Below are positions 17,058 to 26,854 of a DNA stretch of 64,000 nt, one piece after another. Numbering within the stretch: position 1 is the first letter of the stretch; each line of letters begins with the position of its first letter. The notes below the pieces were generated by a model that saw only the letters and a program-made list of their open reading frames with translations, was not told the origin of the DNA and did no database searches. The stretch covers positions 128,001 to 192,000 of the forward strand of contig JBGAIQ010000003.1 of the NCBI GenBank assembly GCA_044225365.1. The letters are read 5' to 3'. The DNA is from Planctomycetota bacterium (GTDB lineage Bacteria; Planctomycetota; B15-G4; JADJEK01). The position numbers and the translations under genes are program-made.

Positions 17058-17512
17058 CGAGCGAACGGATCAGATCGCCCAGCGACTTCCTCGATGAACA
17101 GGCGCGACTCGCGAAGGCGCGGCTCGCGGCTGTCTCGAAGGCACTGCCGGGGCGTCTCGCTGCGGCGGTCGACCCCAGTCGTTGGGTCCGCGAGAGTCCG
17201 CTCAGCATGCTCGCCGGTGCGTTTGCGCTGTCGGCACTCGTATCGAATCACCTCTCCCGCCGAGATCCGATCGACTCGTTGAGCTCCGACGACCTCGACG
17301 CGCTTCGCCGGGCGCAACACGCGGCGACCGAGCGCCGCGAATCTCCTCTCGCGAATGCACTCTTCGCGCCCATCCTCTCCCTCGCCTCTCGCCATCTGCT
17401 CTCGCGGATCTCCGACCTCGCAATGGAAGGGACGGAACCGAGTCCATCCGCGGATGCGATGGCCCCGTTCGACGTGCCCGGCGATCCCTTTCCGCCCATC
17501 CCTCCGAACTGA
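17054..17512 (+). CDS. Hypothetical protein (YqjK-like position)
   Basis: ATGA overlap, AGGAG SD; DPSRWVRESPLSMLAGAF segment. Confidence 0.65.
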   Translation: MTSERIRSPSDFLDEQARLAKARLAAVSKALPGRLAAAVDPSRWVRESPLSMLAGAFALSALVSNHLSRRDPIDSLSSDDLDALRRAQHAATERRESPLANALFAPILSLASRHLLSRISDLAMEGTEPSPSADAMAPFDVPGDPFPPIPPN

Positions 17513-17540
17513 CCCCCAAACCGAACGCGCCTCGACGCCG

Positions 17541-19136
17541 TCAGATCTCGAGCGGCATGGCGGAGAGCTTCAGCTTCGGATTCTCGCGAAGCAGATAGTC
17601 GACCGACCACGCATCGGGGAAGAGGAGCACGCGCTGATCACGCTCGTTGGTCGCGAAGGCGACCTGCGAGTAGCGGATCGCTTCATCGACGATCTCCGTC
17701 GCGATCTCCTCCGGGATCCAGCGCAGCACTTCGAAACGGCTTTGCTCGAGTCGCGATTCCGCGCCGTACTCGCTCTTCAATCGATACTGCACGACTTCGA
17801 ACTGCAGCGGGCCGACCGCGCCGAGCAGCGGAACGCGCATTCCGGTGTCGCGAAGCGTGAACGCCTGCACGACGCCCTCTTGCAGCAACTGCGCAAGCCC
17901 CTCGCGGAAGCGCTTGAACTCGCTCGTGCTCGTGCTGTGGAGATAGGTGAAGCACTCCGGCGTGAAGTGAGGAACTTCCCGATAACAAATCGTCGGGTCC
18001 TCGGTGACGGTGTCGCCGATGCCGAACTCGGAGCGTCCGACGAGACCGATGACGTCGCCGGGAAAGGCCTCGTCGATCGTCTCGCGTTCGCGTCCGAGCA
18101 GCTTGTGCGAACTGTTGAGTCGAACCTTCTTGCCAGACTGCGCGTGGATGACGGACATCTCGCGTTCGAACTTCCCGGAGCAAACGCGAATGAAAGCGAT
18201 GCGATCGCGATGCTTCGGATCCATGTTGGCCTGGATCTTGAAGACGAAGCCCGAGAACGCCGGGGAATCCAACGGCACTACTCGATCGCCGGACCGCCGC
18301 GGCGTCGGCGGAGTGCTGAGCGCGAGGAACGAATCGAGCATGAGCTGCACGCCGAAATTGTTCGCCGCGCTGCCGAAGAACACGGGTGTCTGCTGGCCCG
18401 CGTGGACGCGTTCGATGTCGAAAGCACTCGCGGCGCTCGTCAGCACCTCGAGTTCGTCGTAGGTCTTCTTGAACAGGTCGTCGCCGAGCTTCTCACGCAC
18501 CACCGCATCCGTGATGTCGTGGATCGTGACGGGCGCGCGGTACGCACCGCCGGGCACGCGCTCGAAGAAGTGCACCTGGGATCCGCGTCGGTCGTAGACG
18601 CCGCAGAATTCCGAACCGTTCCCGAGGGGCCAGTTCGCCGCATACGCATCGATCCCGAGCACGCTCTCGAGTTCGTCGAGCAACGAGAGCGGATCGCGCG
18701 CGGGGCGGTCCAGTTTGTTCATGAACGTGAAGATCGGGATACCGCGACGGCGACAGATCTCGAACAACTTGCGGGTCTGCGTCTCGATGCCCTTGCCGGC
18801 GTCGATCACCATCACGACCGAATCGACTGCGGTGAGCACGCGATACGTGTCGTCCGAGAAGTCCTTGTGGCCAGGCGTGTCCAGCAGGTTGATGCGATAA
18901 CCGTCGTAGTCGAATTGCAGGACGGTCGAGGTGACCGAGATCCCGCGCTGCCGTTCGAGTTCCATCCAGTCCGACGTGACGGCCCGCTGATTCTTGCGCG
19001 CCGTGACCGACCCGGCGAGTTGGAGCGCGCCACCGTAGAGCAGGAGCTTCTCGGTGAGCGTGGTCTTGCCGGCGTCGGGGTGGGAGATGATCGCCAGCGT
19101 GCGGCGGCGTGCGACTTCTTGCTTCAGGTTGGACAT
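17541..19136 (-). CDS. prfC: Peptide chain release factor 3
   Basis: RRRTLAIISHPDAGKTTLTEKLLL, DTPGHKDFSDDTYR, NKLD, FKIQANMDPKHRDRIAF, GAVGPLQFEV. Confidence 0.97.
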   Translation of the reverse strand: MSNLKQEVARRRTLAIISHPDAGKTTLTEKLLLYGGALQLAGSVTARKNQRAVTSDWMELERQRGISVTSTVLQFDYDGYRINLLDTPGHKDFSDDTYRVLTAVDSVVMVIDAGKGIETQTRKLFEICRRRGIPIFTFMNKLDRPARDPLSLLDELESVLGIDAYAANWPLGNGSEFCGVYDRRGSQVHFFERVPGGAYRAPVTIHDITDAVVREKLGDDLFKKTYDELEVLTSAASAFDIERVHAGQQTPVFFGSAANNFGVQLMLDSFLALSTPPTPRRSGDRVVPLDSPAFSGFVFKIQANMDPKHRDRIAFIRVCSGKFEREMSVIHAQSGKKVRLNSSHKLLGRERETIDEAFPGDVIGLVGRSEFGIGDTVTEDPTICYREVPHFTPECFTYLHSTSTSEFKRFREGLAQLLQEGVVQAFTLRDTGMRVPLLGAVGPLQFEVVQYRLKSEYGAESRLEQSRFEVLRWIPEEIATEIVDEAIRYSQVAFATNERDQRVLLFPDAWSVDYLLRENPKLKLSAMPLEI

Positions 19137-19292
19137 CGAAAGAGCAGTACGAGACTACGCTCCAGCCGCCGACCGATACGCTCGTTGCCTGCGGTGGAAT
19201 CGAATCCCGTCAGCAAACGCGACGAGCGACGCTCGCGCAAGGGACGAATCGAGAAACGGCGGAAGGAACCCGAGGATCCCGCCGGGGCGCGC

Positions 19293-20363
19293 TCATTTCG
19301 AGCCGGGGAACGACTCGCTCTTGTCGACCTTGACGCCGATCCTCTCGCCACGCCGCAGCTCGATCGATCCCGCTTCGCGACGAGAGAGCTCCACCGCGAT
19401 CTGATGCTGATCTCCGGCGCGCTGCAGTTGAACCCGAACGATCGAGCCCACGACCTGGATGTGCCGGATCACCGCGACGAACTCCGCGGCCCCGTCGCTC
19501 GCCGGAACGAGCTGAATTTCGTGCGGCCGTACGTAGCGTGCGCCGCCATCCTCGAGCGGCAGCCGATTCACCGCACCGAGGAACTCGAATACGAACGGGG
19601 AAGCGGGACGATCGTAGACCCGACGCGGTGAACCGACCTGCTCGACCTTCGCGTGGTTCATCACCACGACCGTATCCGCGATCTCGAGCGCTTCGTCCTG
19701 ATCGTGCGTCACGAAAAGGGTCGTGAGCCCGATCGCTTCGTGGAACTCGCGCAGCCACGACCGCAATTCACGCCGCACCTTGGCATCGAGAGCGCCGAAC
19801 GGTTCGTCGAGCAGGAGGACCTTGGGATCCGTCGCGATCGCGCGCGCGAGGGCGATGCGCTGGCGCTGTCCGCCCGAGAGCTGATCGGGGTAGCGCTTCG
19901 CGAGACCCTCGAGCTGCACGCGACGGAGCAGATCCATCACCTTGTCCTGGATCGCGGATTCCGCGGGTTTGTTCTTCCGCACTCGGAGTCCGAACGCGAC
20001 GTTCTCGAAGACGCTGAGGTGACCGAACAGCGCATAGTGCTGGAACACGAATCCAACGCCCCGCTCGCCGGGAGGAAGGTCGGTCACGTCGACGCCCTGG
20101 AATCGCACGCGACCCGATCCGGAGTCGAGGCGTTCGAGGCCGGCGATCACGCGAAGGAGCGTCGTCTTGCCGGAACCCGATGGGCCGAGCAAGGCCGTGA
20201 GTGCTCCGGTCGGAACGGCGAGGTCCACGCCCTCGAGCGCGACCACGGGCCCGAAGCGCTTCATCAGGTTCTTCGCCTCGATGCCGAGCGTCAACGGTCG
20301 CGGAATGGAATCCGACGACGAAGACGCCTGCGTTCTCTCGTCCCGCGACGGCGAATCGATCAT
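19293..20363 (-). CDS. cysA: Sulfate ABC transporter ATP-binding subunit
   Basis: [38 protein letters not shown] and TOBE-like tail; ATGA coupling to cysW. Confidence 0.93.
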   Translation of the reverse strand: MIDSPSRDERTQASSSSDSIPRPLTLGIEAKNLMKRFGPVVALEGVDLAVPTGALTALLGPSGSGKTTLLRVIAGLERLDSGSGRVRFQGVDVTDLPPGERGVGFVFQHYALFGHLSVFENVAFGLRVRKNKPAESAIQDKVMDLLRRVQLEGLAKRYPDQLSGGQRQRIALARAIATDPKVLLLDEPFGALDAKVRRELRSWLREFHEAIGLTTLFVTHDQDEALEIADTVVVMNHAKVEQVGSPRRVYDRPASPFVFEFLGAVNRLPLEDGGARYVRPHEIQLVPASDGAAEFVAVIRHIQVVGSIVRVQLQRAGDQHQIAVELSRREAGSIELRRGERIGVKVDKSESFPGSK

Positions 20364-21280
20364 GCGGCACCCGCGTCTTCCAGGGGATTGGTATTGCCCG
20401 CGGCCCGGCGCTTCATGTGCCGCCATTCCAGCCACGACTTCACGAACAATGTCACGAGCGCGAGGAATGCGAGTAGCGACGCGCAAGCGAACGCCGAGAC
20501 GTAGTGATATTCGTTGTATTCGACTTCGACGTGGAGCGGCAGCGTATTGGTGAGTCCGCGGACGTGCCCCGAGACGACGGAAACGGCTCCGAACTCGCCC
20601 ATCGCTCGCGCGTTGCACAGGATCGCTCCGTAGAGCAGCCCCCACTTCACCTTCGGCAGCGTGACGCGGAAGAACGTCTGCACGCCACTCGCGCCGAGCG
20701 TCAGCGCAGCGTACTCCTCGTCGTCACCCTGCGACTGCATGAGCGGCAGCAGCTCGCGTGCGACGAAGGGGCAAGTGATGAACATCGTGGTGAGCACGAT
20801 CCCGGGGAGGTCGAAGATCACGCGCAAACCATGCTGCGCGAGCCACGGCCCGAGCCATCCCTGCGCTCCGAAGACGAGCACGAACATCAACCCGGCGACG
20901 ACGGGCGACACGGAGAGCGGCAAGTCGACGAGGGTCTGCAGGATCGCTCGACCCGGGAAACGGTACTTCGCGATGCACCACGCCGCAGCGATGCCGAAGA
21001 CGATGTTCACCGGCACCGAGATCAGTGCGACGATCAGCGTGAGTCGAATCGCCGCGAGTGCCTGCGACGTTTGCAGACTGTTCAGGTACTTCGCCAGTCC
21101 GGCCGAGAGCGCCTCGTAGAAGACGATGAACAGAGGCATGAACAGGAAGAGCGCGAGGAAGACGATCGTGAAGCCGATGCAAGCGAATCGAACCGCGCGC
21201 GAATCCTGCGTCGCAGGCCGCGTCGAGTGCAGCACGGTGGTCGGTGGCGCCTGCCGAACGAGCGCAAGGCTGTCGCTCAT
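20360..21280 (-). CDS. cysW: Sulfate ABC transporter permease
   Basis: [45 protein letters not shown]. Confidence 0.93.
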   Translation of the reverse strand: MSDSLALVRQAPPTTVLHSTRPATQDSRAVRFACIGFTIVFLALFLFMPLFIVFYEALSAGLAKYLNSLQTSQALAAIRLTLIVALISVPVNIVFGIAAAWCIAKYRFPGRAILQTLVDLPLSVSPVVAGLMFVLVFGAQGWLGPWLAQHGLRVIFDLPGIVLTTMFITCPFVARELLPLMQSQGDDEEYAALTLGASGVQTFFRVTLPKVKWGLLYGAILCNARAMGEFGAVSVVSGHVRGLTNTLPLHVEVEYNEYHYVSAFACASLLAFLALVTLFVKSWLEWRHMKRRAAGNTNPLEDAGAA

Positions 21281-22167
21281 TCTCGAGTGCTCCCGCCCTG
21301 GCGGGCTCGCGCGAGGCTGCGCCGCTGCAGGGCATTGATCGCGAAGAGCATCGCGAACGACACGACGAGCAGAACGGTCGCGATCGCCGTCGCGGCCTCG
21401 TAATGATACTGCTCGAGCTGGGTGACGATGAGGAGCGGGGCGATCTCGGTGCGCATCGGCATGTTGCCCGAGATGAACACGACCGAACCGTATTCGCCGA
21501 TCGCGCGCGCGAACGCGAGCGCGAAGCCCGACAACAGGGCAGGCGCGATCACGGGGAGGATCACGCCCGTGATCGTCTGCCGCCGACTCGCCCCGAGCGT
21601 CGCCGCCGCTTCTTCGAGCTCCGGCGCGAGTTCCTCGATCACGGGTTGCACCGAGCGCACGACGAAGGGGAGCCCGATGAACGTGAGCGCGATGTAGATG
21701 CCGAGCGGTGAGTACGCCGACTCGATGCCGAAGCGATGGAGGATCCGCCCGATGAAGCCGTGTTCCGAGTAGAGCGAGGTGAGAGCGATCCCGGCGACGG
21801 CGGTGGGCAATGCGAACGGTAGGTCGACGAGCGCGTCGATCCAACGCCGGCCGAAGAACCGGTAGCGAGCCAGCGTCCAAGCGATCATGGCGCCTGCGAT
21901 CACGTTGGTCGACGCCGCGGCGAGCGCAGTGCCGAACGTCAGTCGATACGCCGCCATCGCCCGAGCCTCGGTCGCCGCCGCAAGGAACTCGCCCCCGCCC
22001 ATTCGCGCGGCCCGCATCACGACCGCGAGCAACGGAACGAGGACGAGCAGCGAGAGGTACGCCACCGTCGTACCGAGCGAGAGTCGAAAGCCCGGAAGGA
22101 CCCGCAGTTCGCGACGCTGGGCGCGTCGCGCGGCGGTCTCACTTCGCGGGGCTGTAGATGCGGTCAA
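21277..22167 (-). CDS. cysT: Sulfate ABC transporter permease
   Basis: [46 protein letters not shown]; TTG start at 22167 has GGAGG SD. Confidence 0.93.
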   Translation of the reverse strand: MTASTAPRSETAARRAQRRELRVLPGFRLSLGTTVAYLSLLVLVPLLAVVMRAARMGGGEFLAAATEARAMAAYRLTFGTALAAASTNVIAGAMIAWTLARYRFFGRRWIDALVDLPFALPTAVAGIALTSLYSEHGFIGRILHRFGIESAYSPLGIYIALTFIGLPFVVRSVQPVIEELAPELEEAAATLGASRRQTITGVILPVIAPALLSGFALAFARAIGEYGSVVFISGNMPMRTEIAPLLIVTQLEQYHYEAATAIATVLLVVSFAMLFAINALQRRSLARARQGGSTRE

Positions 22168-23164
22168 AGATGCCTCCGTCGTCGAAGTGCTTCTTCTGCG
22201 CGGCCTGCCAGCCGCCGAATTCGGCATCGACGGTCACGAGTTCCAGTTTCGGCAATCGCGCGATGTCGGCTGGATCCGCGGCCTCGGGTTTCACGGGCCG
22301 GAAGAAGTTCTTCGCCGCGATCCTTTGCCCGGTCGGCGAGTAGAGGAACTCGAGATAAGCCTGCGCGATCTCCGCGTTGCCCTTCGACTTCGCGTTCGCA
22401 TCGACGACCGCGACGGGCGGCTGCGCCAGGATCGAAAGGCTCGGAACGACGATCTCGAAGCCCGCGGACGCGAACTCCTTCTTCGCGAGGAATGCCTCGT
22501 TCTCCCAGGCCAGCAGGACGTCGCCGAGTCCGTTCTTCGCGAAGGTCGTGGTCGATCCGCGCGCTCCGGTGTCGAGCACGGGCACGTTCTCGTACAGCGC
22601 CTTCAGGAAGTCGGACGCGCCGTCCTCGCTGCCGGTCTTGCGCTTCCCATACGCCCAGGCGGCGAGGTAGTTCCAGCGCGCGCCACCCGACGTCTTGGGA
22701 TTGGGAGTGATCACCTTCACGTCCGGCTTCACGAGATCGTCCCAGTCCTTGATCCCCTTGGGATTGCCCTTGCGGACGAGGAACACGATCGTCGAGGTGT
22801 AAGGCGCCGCGTCGTTCGGCAGTTTCTTCTGCCAGTCGGACGCGATCCTTCCCGATTTCTGCGCGATGACGTCGATGTCGAAGGCCAGCGCGAGCGTGAC
22901 GATATCGGCGTCGAGACCGTCGATCACCGCACGCGCTTGCTTCCCGGACCCGCCGTGCGACTGCTGGATCTCGACCTCGCCGCCGTGCTGACTCGTCCAG
23001 TTCGAGACGAAGGCTTGATCGAACTCCTCGTAGAATTCGCGCGTCGGATCGTAAGAGACGTTGAGGAGCGTGTGCTTGCCGCCGGTCGACTCGCTCTTCG
23101 AGCAGCCGACGAGTACGAGCGCGCCGAGGATCAAGGGGATCGAGAACGAGGATCGCTTCGACAT
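22139..23164 (-). CDS. sbp: Sulfate-binding lipoprotein
   Basis: LVGC lipobox; [47 protein letters not shown]. Confidence 0.95.
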   Translation of the reverse strand: MSKRSSFSIPLILGALVLVGCSKSESTGGKHTLLNVSYDPTREFYEEFDQAFVSNWTSQHGGEVEIQQSHGGSGKQARAVIDGLDADIVTLALAFDIDVIAQKSGRIASDWQKKLPNDAAPYTSTIVFLVRKGNPKGIKDWDDLVKPDVKVITPNPKTSGGARWNYLAAWAYGKRKTGSEDGASDFLKALYENVPVLDTGARGSTTTFAKNGLGDVLLAWENEAFLAKKEFASAGFEIVVPSLSILAQPPVAVVDANAKSKGNAEIAQAYLEFLYSPTGQRIAAKNFFRPVKPEAADPADIARLPKLELVTVDAEFGGWQAAQKKHFDDGGIFDRIYSPAK

Positions 23165-23168
23165 CGGT

Positions 23169-23804
23169 TCACCTGGATTTGCGCGAGACTCGGCGGCGGC
23201 GCGCCCTCGCGCCGATGGGAACCGGATTGGTTCTCGTCGGTTCACTCCGCGGCGCCAACTCGCCAAGGGATGCGAGGAATCCGTCGCGCGGATCGGCATG
23301 CCGCTCGTTGGGGACGCTCTTCGCCGCGCGATCCTTCCGAGCCGCGAGAGGCGGGGCCACTCCGTCGCGTCGCAACTTCATGAGCGTGACGGCGACGATG
23401 TCGGCGAGCGTGTAGCGATCGAGGATCCCTGCGATCGCGTTGCGCACGTCGATCATCAGCATGCGCAGACCGCAATGCGCTTCGTCGGGGCAGGAGCACG
23501 GTTCGTACGCGACCTCCGAAGCGCACCCGATCGGCGCGAGCCGCCCGTCGATGCGTCGCACGACGTCGCCCATCTTGATTTCGCTCGCGAGCCGAGCGAG
23601 CTGGTATCCGCCCGCCTTGCCGCGAAGCGCTGCGATATAACCGCCATGCCGCAGGCTCGCGAGGATCCGCTCCACGAACTTCAACGGCATTCGTTCGGTC
23701 GCCGCGATCTCCGAGACGGGCACGACCTCGCGTCCGAGTTCGTGGGCAACGCCGAGGCAGATGAGACTGCGCAACGCGTACTCGCCTTGTTTGGTCAATC
23801 GCAT
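23169..23804 (-). CDS. Rrf2 family transcriptional regulator (Cys-containing)
   Basis: [23 protein letters not shown] wHTH wing, C-X8-C-X-C-X5-C. Confidence 0.92.
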   Translation of the reverse strand: MRLTKQGEYALRSLICLGVAHELGREVVPVSEIAATERMPLKFVERILASLRHGGYIAALRGKAGGYQLARLASEIKMGDVVRRIDGRLAPIGCASEVAYEPCSCPDEAHCGLRMLMIDVRNAIAGILDRYTLADIVAVTLMKLRRDGVAPPLAARKDRAAKSVPNERHADPRDGFLASLGELAPRSEPTRTNPVPIGARARRRRVSRKSR

Positions 23805-23925
23805 GGTCACAATGTCTACAGGGTTAATCTCCACTTGCCAAGTAGGATTTGAACGAGTGGGATTTCGCGCGCAATGCTGCGTCCCGCGTTACGCCCACCT
23901 CCCTCCCACTGGACAGTTCTCGAAC

Positions 23926-23954
23926 GGAACCTTTTCATGGGTGGATCTCGTCTA
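23926..23954 (+). promoter_or_regulatory. Putative ECF sigma promoter
   Basis: GGAACC-N17-CGTCTA, ~75 nt upstream of ATG 24030. Confidence 0.55.
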
Positions 23955-24029
23955 CGGACGGAACGCCGCGGATCGAGATCGTCGAAAGTCGCCGCGGCCA
24001 CTCCGCGTGAGTCAAGAAGGTCGAACTCC

Positions 24030-25922
24030 ATGTCGAACACCCGTGTCCGCGGCCCCTTCCCTGCCGCGCTGCTCCGAGTCGTCCTCGGCGGAATCGCCTT
24101 GTTCTCGGGGAGCGCGCTCGCCGCGCTCGGCGTCGTCTCCTCGACGCCCGCGAAGAACGCCGTCGGGGTGGCTCCGAATTCGGCCATCGTGCTGAATCTC
24201 AGCCAGCCGATCGATCCGACGACCGTGACCTCTCAGATCGTGCGCGTGATGGGACGCTACAGCGGACCGGCAGTTGGAACGCTCGCCCTCGACGCCGCCC
24301 AGACTCAGATCACCTTCACCCCCACCCGGCCGTTCTTCGTTTCCGAGTGGGTGACCGTCTACGTTTCGAGCGGACTGAAGGCGACGACGGGCGAGACGCT
24401 CACCGGCGGCTTCTATCTCACGTTTTCCATCCTCGGCGGCCAGAGCTCGAAGAACTTCACGCTGACGCAAACCGTCACGTTCAAGCAGCCCGGAGAATCC
24501 CTCATTCGTCTCTACGGCTTCTCCGCCGTCGACATCGACGGCGACGGCAGCCCGGACATGAGCGCCGCGGACGAGTACTCTTCCGATGTCCGCGTTCGGC
24601 TGAACGACGGTTGTGGCCACCCCGGACCGAGCAAGACGGTTCCGCTACCCGCCGGCCAGGAACCGAGTCCGAACGTCGCGGCGGACCTCAACGGCGACGG
24701 CAGGCCCGATCTCGTCACCGGGAACCAGACCGGTGATTCGGTCGCGGTCTTCCTCAACAACGGGCAAGCCAGTTATTCCACGCCGCAGCTCACGAGCATC
24801 GGCGGCGGCTGCCACGGCGTCGCGCTCCTCGACATCGACGCCGATGGTGACCTCGATGTCCTCGCGACGAACCTGAACGACGTACGCGTCCTCAAGAACG
24901 ACGGCCTCGGCCATCTGGCGAATACGGTCGGTTACAACGCGGGCGGCGTCGGCGAGTGGCAGGTCGCCACGACGGACGCGAACCTCGACGGGCGCGCCGA
25001 TGCGTACGTCGCGAACAACGGCAGTGGTTCCATCGGGCTCCTCACCGGGAACGCGAGCGGTGGCCTCACGCTCTCGGCGACGAAATCCGTCGGACCCGGC
25101 GCCTGGGCGGTCGCAGCGGGCGATCTCGATGGCGACGGGGATGGCGACTGCGTCGTCACGAACAACGGAAACGCCACCATCAGTGTGGCGCGCAGCAACG
25201 GCGTCGGTGGCTTCCTCGCGGCGATCAAGAACTACTCGGTCGGCGCACAGCCCGTTTCGGCGCATCTCGCCGATCTCGACGGGGACGCCGACCTCGACCT
25301 TTCGATCGCGTGCTTCGGCTCGGCGAACTGCTACCTGTTCTTCAATCAGGGAGGAACGTTCACGCAGGCGGCGGTCCTGCCCGCGAAGTTCGCGGGCTCG
25401 TGTTCGAGCCTCGTCGACTTCGATCGTGACGGAGACGCCGACGTGATCGTCACCGACGAGCTCAGCGACGAGGCGTACGTGTTCACGCAGGACGGGCCCA
25501 CCGTCGCCAAGGTGCAGTCCCCCACCTGCGAGGCCGCGCTTCGAATCGACAACTACGCCTTGCGCTCCGGATTCGGAACCATTCCCCCGCATCCCGAACG
25601 GATCGGCGGCAACGTCTACGTCGATCTCTCCGGCCTGCCGAACCAGCCGTGGCTCCTCCTCGTCGGAACCGCGGCGACGTATTCGAGCCCGACGGCGCCG
25701 GGCTGGTTCAATCTCTCGTTCAGCTCGCCCTTGGTCTTCCTCGCCTCTGGCTTCTCCGGCGGTCCCTTCGTGACCGACTCGTTCGGTGAGGCTCGCTTCT
25801 CCACGACGTTGCCTTCGCTTCCCGTCGGCCTCGTGTTCACGATGCAGGGAGCCGTCGGCAATCCCGCGAAGTTCGTCGGCGCGTCGTTCACCAACCCCGA
25901 GTCGATCCTCGTTCAACCTTGA
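24030..25922 (+). CDS. Secreted Ig-like (Big_5-type) + FG-GAP/VCBS repeat protein
   Basis: Signal peptide; VSSTPA..IVLNLSQPIDP..ITFTP Ig-like domain; repeated DxDGDGxxD motifs. Confidence 0.88.
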   Translation: MSNTRVRGPFPAALLRVVLGGIALFSGSALAALGVVSSTPAKNAVGVAPNSAIVLNLSQPIDPTTVTSQIVRVMGRYSGPAVGTLALDAAQTQITFTPTRPFFVSEWVTVYVSSGLKATTGETLTGGFYLTFSILGGQSSKNFTLTQTVTFKQPGESLIRLYGFSAVDIDGDGSPDMSAADEYSSDVRVRLNDGCGHPGPSKTVPLPAGQEPSPNVAADLNGDGRPDLVTGNQTGDSVAVFLNNGQASYSTPQLTSIGGGCHGVALLDIDADGDLDVLATNLNDVRVLKNDGLGHLANTVGYNAGGVGEWQVATTDANLDGRADAYVANNGSGSIGLLTGNASGGLTLSATKSVGPGAWAVAAGDLDGDGDGDCVVTNNGNATISVARSNGVGGFLAAIKNYSVGAQPVSAHLADLDGDADLDLSIACFGSANCYLFFNQGGTFTQAAVLPAKFAGSCSSLVDFDRDGDADVIVTDELSDEAYVFTQDGPTVAKVQSPTCEAALRIDNYALRSGFGTIPPHPERIGGNVYVDLSGLPNQPWLLLVGTAATYSSPTAPGWFNLSFSSPLVFLASGFSGGPFVTDSFGEARFSTTLPSLPVGLVFTMQGAVGNPAKFVGASFTNPESILVQP

Positions 25923-25960
25923 GTGATTGCGGCGATACACTCGCGCCGTGAGGTGCGAGC

Positions 25961-26806
25961 ATGACGAGATCCGCGGGCACGCGACGCCGAGTCTTCTTCA
26001 TCCATTGGAACACAGCCGAGGCGCGCGAGCGCGTCGCGACCACGCGCGTTCCCGGCTTCACGATCGAATACGAGCCGCTCGAGAACGGAACGAGCAGCGC
26101 GGCGTGGAAGCGGCTGAGGCAGGACCTCCCCGACGTCGTCCTCATCGACCTCTCGCGGTTGCCCTCCCACGGTCGCGAGATCGCACTCGCGCTGCGGAGC
26201 GCGAAGAAGACGTTCTACGTCCCGATCGTGTTCGTCGGCGGTGAGAGGGCCAAGGTCGAAGCGACGCGGGCCAAGGTGAAGGATGCGATCTACTGCGAGT
26301 GGCAAGGCGTCGCCGCCGCGCTCGGCTGCGCCGTCACCGCCCCGCCCAAGCCGGTCGAGCGCCCCAAAGACCTCGGCTCGAGTTCGCCGCTGTGGAAGAA
26401 GCTCGGGATCAAGGAGGGCTCGCGCGTGTTCCTCGTCGACGCACCGGACACCTTCGATGCGGCGCTCGGCGATCTTCCCAAGGCCGTCGCCATCACACGC
26501 GGGAGCGGCGAGCGACACGGCAAGGGCGCGGCGACCTTCGACGTGATCGTGTGCTTCGTGCGCACCCGCGCCGAACTCGCGCTCAAGGTGAAGCGCCATG
26601 AGGAACGCGTCGGTCGCCCGGGAGGATTGTGGATCGCGTGGCCGAAGAAGGCGAGCAAGGTCCGCACCGACGTGACCGAGGACGTCGTCCGCGAGATCGC
26701 CCTCCCCCGCGGGCTCGTCGACAACAAGGTCTGCTCGATCGACTCGACATGGTCGGGCCTGCGCCTCGCTTGGCGCGCCGGGACGCCGCGACCCGTGGTT
26801 CATTGA
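25961..26806 (+). CDS. Receiver-like domain fused to DUF3052 domain
   Basis: PDVVLIDLS..PIVFVGG N-terminal part; LWKKLGIKEG..LWIAWPKKASKV.TD.TED..R...L..GLVDNKVC..D..WSGLR C-terminal part; GAGGTG SD. Confidence 0.8.
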   Translation: MTRSAGTRRRVFFIHWNTAEARERVATTRVPGFTIEYEPLENGTSSAAWKRLRQDLPDVVLIDLSRLPSHGREIALALRSAKKTFYVPIVFVGGERAKVEATRAKVKDAIYCEWQGVAAALGCAVTAPPKPVERPKDLGSSSPLWKKLGIKEGSRVFLVDAPDTFDAALGDLPKAVAITRGSGERHGKGAATFDVIVCFVRTRAELALKVKRHEERVGRPGGLWIAWPKKASKVRTDVTEDVVREIALPRGLVDNKVCSIDSTWSGLRLAWRAGTPRPVVH

Positions 26807-26854
26807 ACCTCGAAGGGCTGCTACGATCCGCCCCAGATCGAGGAGTTCGCCCTA

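Noticed and set aside
1888-17540. Stress island as an integrative mobile element
   Set aside because: No integrase, transposase, tRNA or flanking direct repeats seen at its borders
17355-19631. Long antisense or alternate-frame ORFs (also 32718-35135, 36389-38536, 49616-51859, most of 53529-56006, 56037-58082, 126-1778)
   Set aside because: Shadow ORFs typical of high-GC DNA; Arg-rich, no motifs, and they overlap well-supported genes
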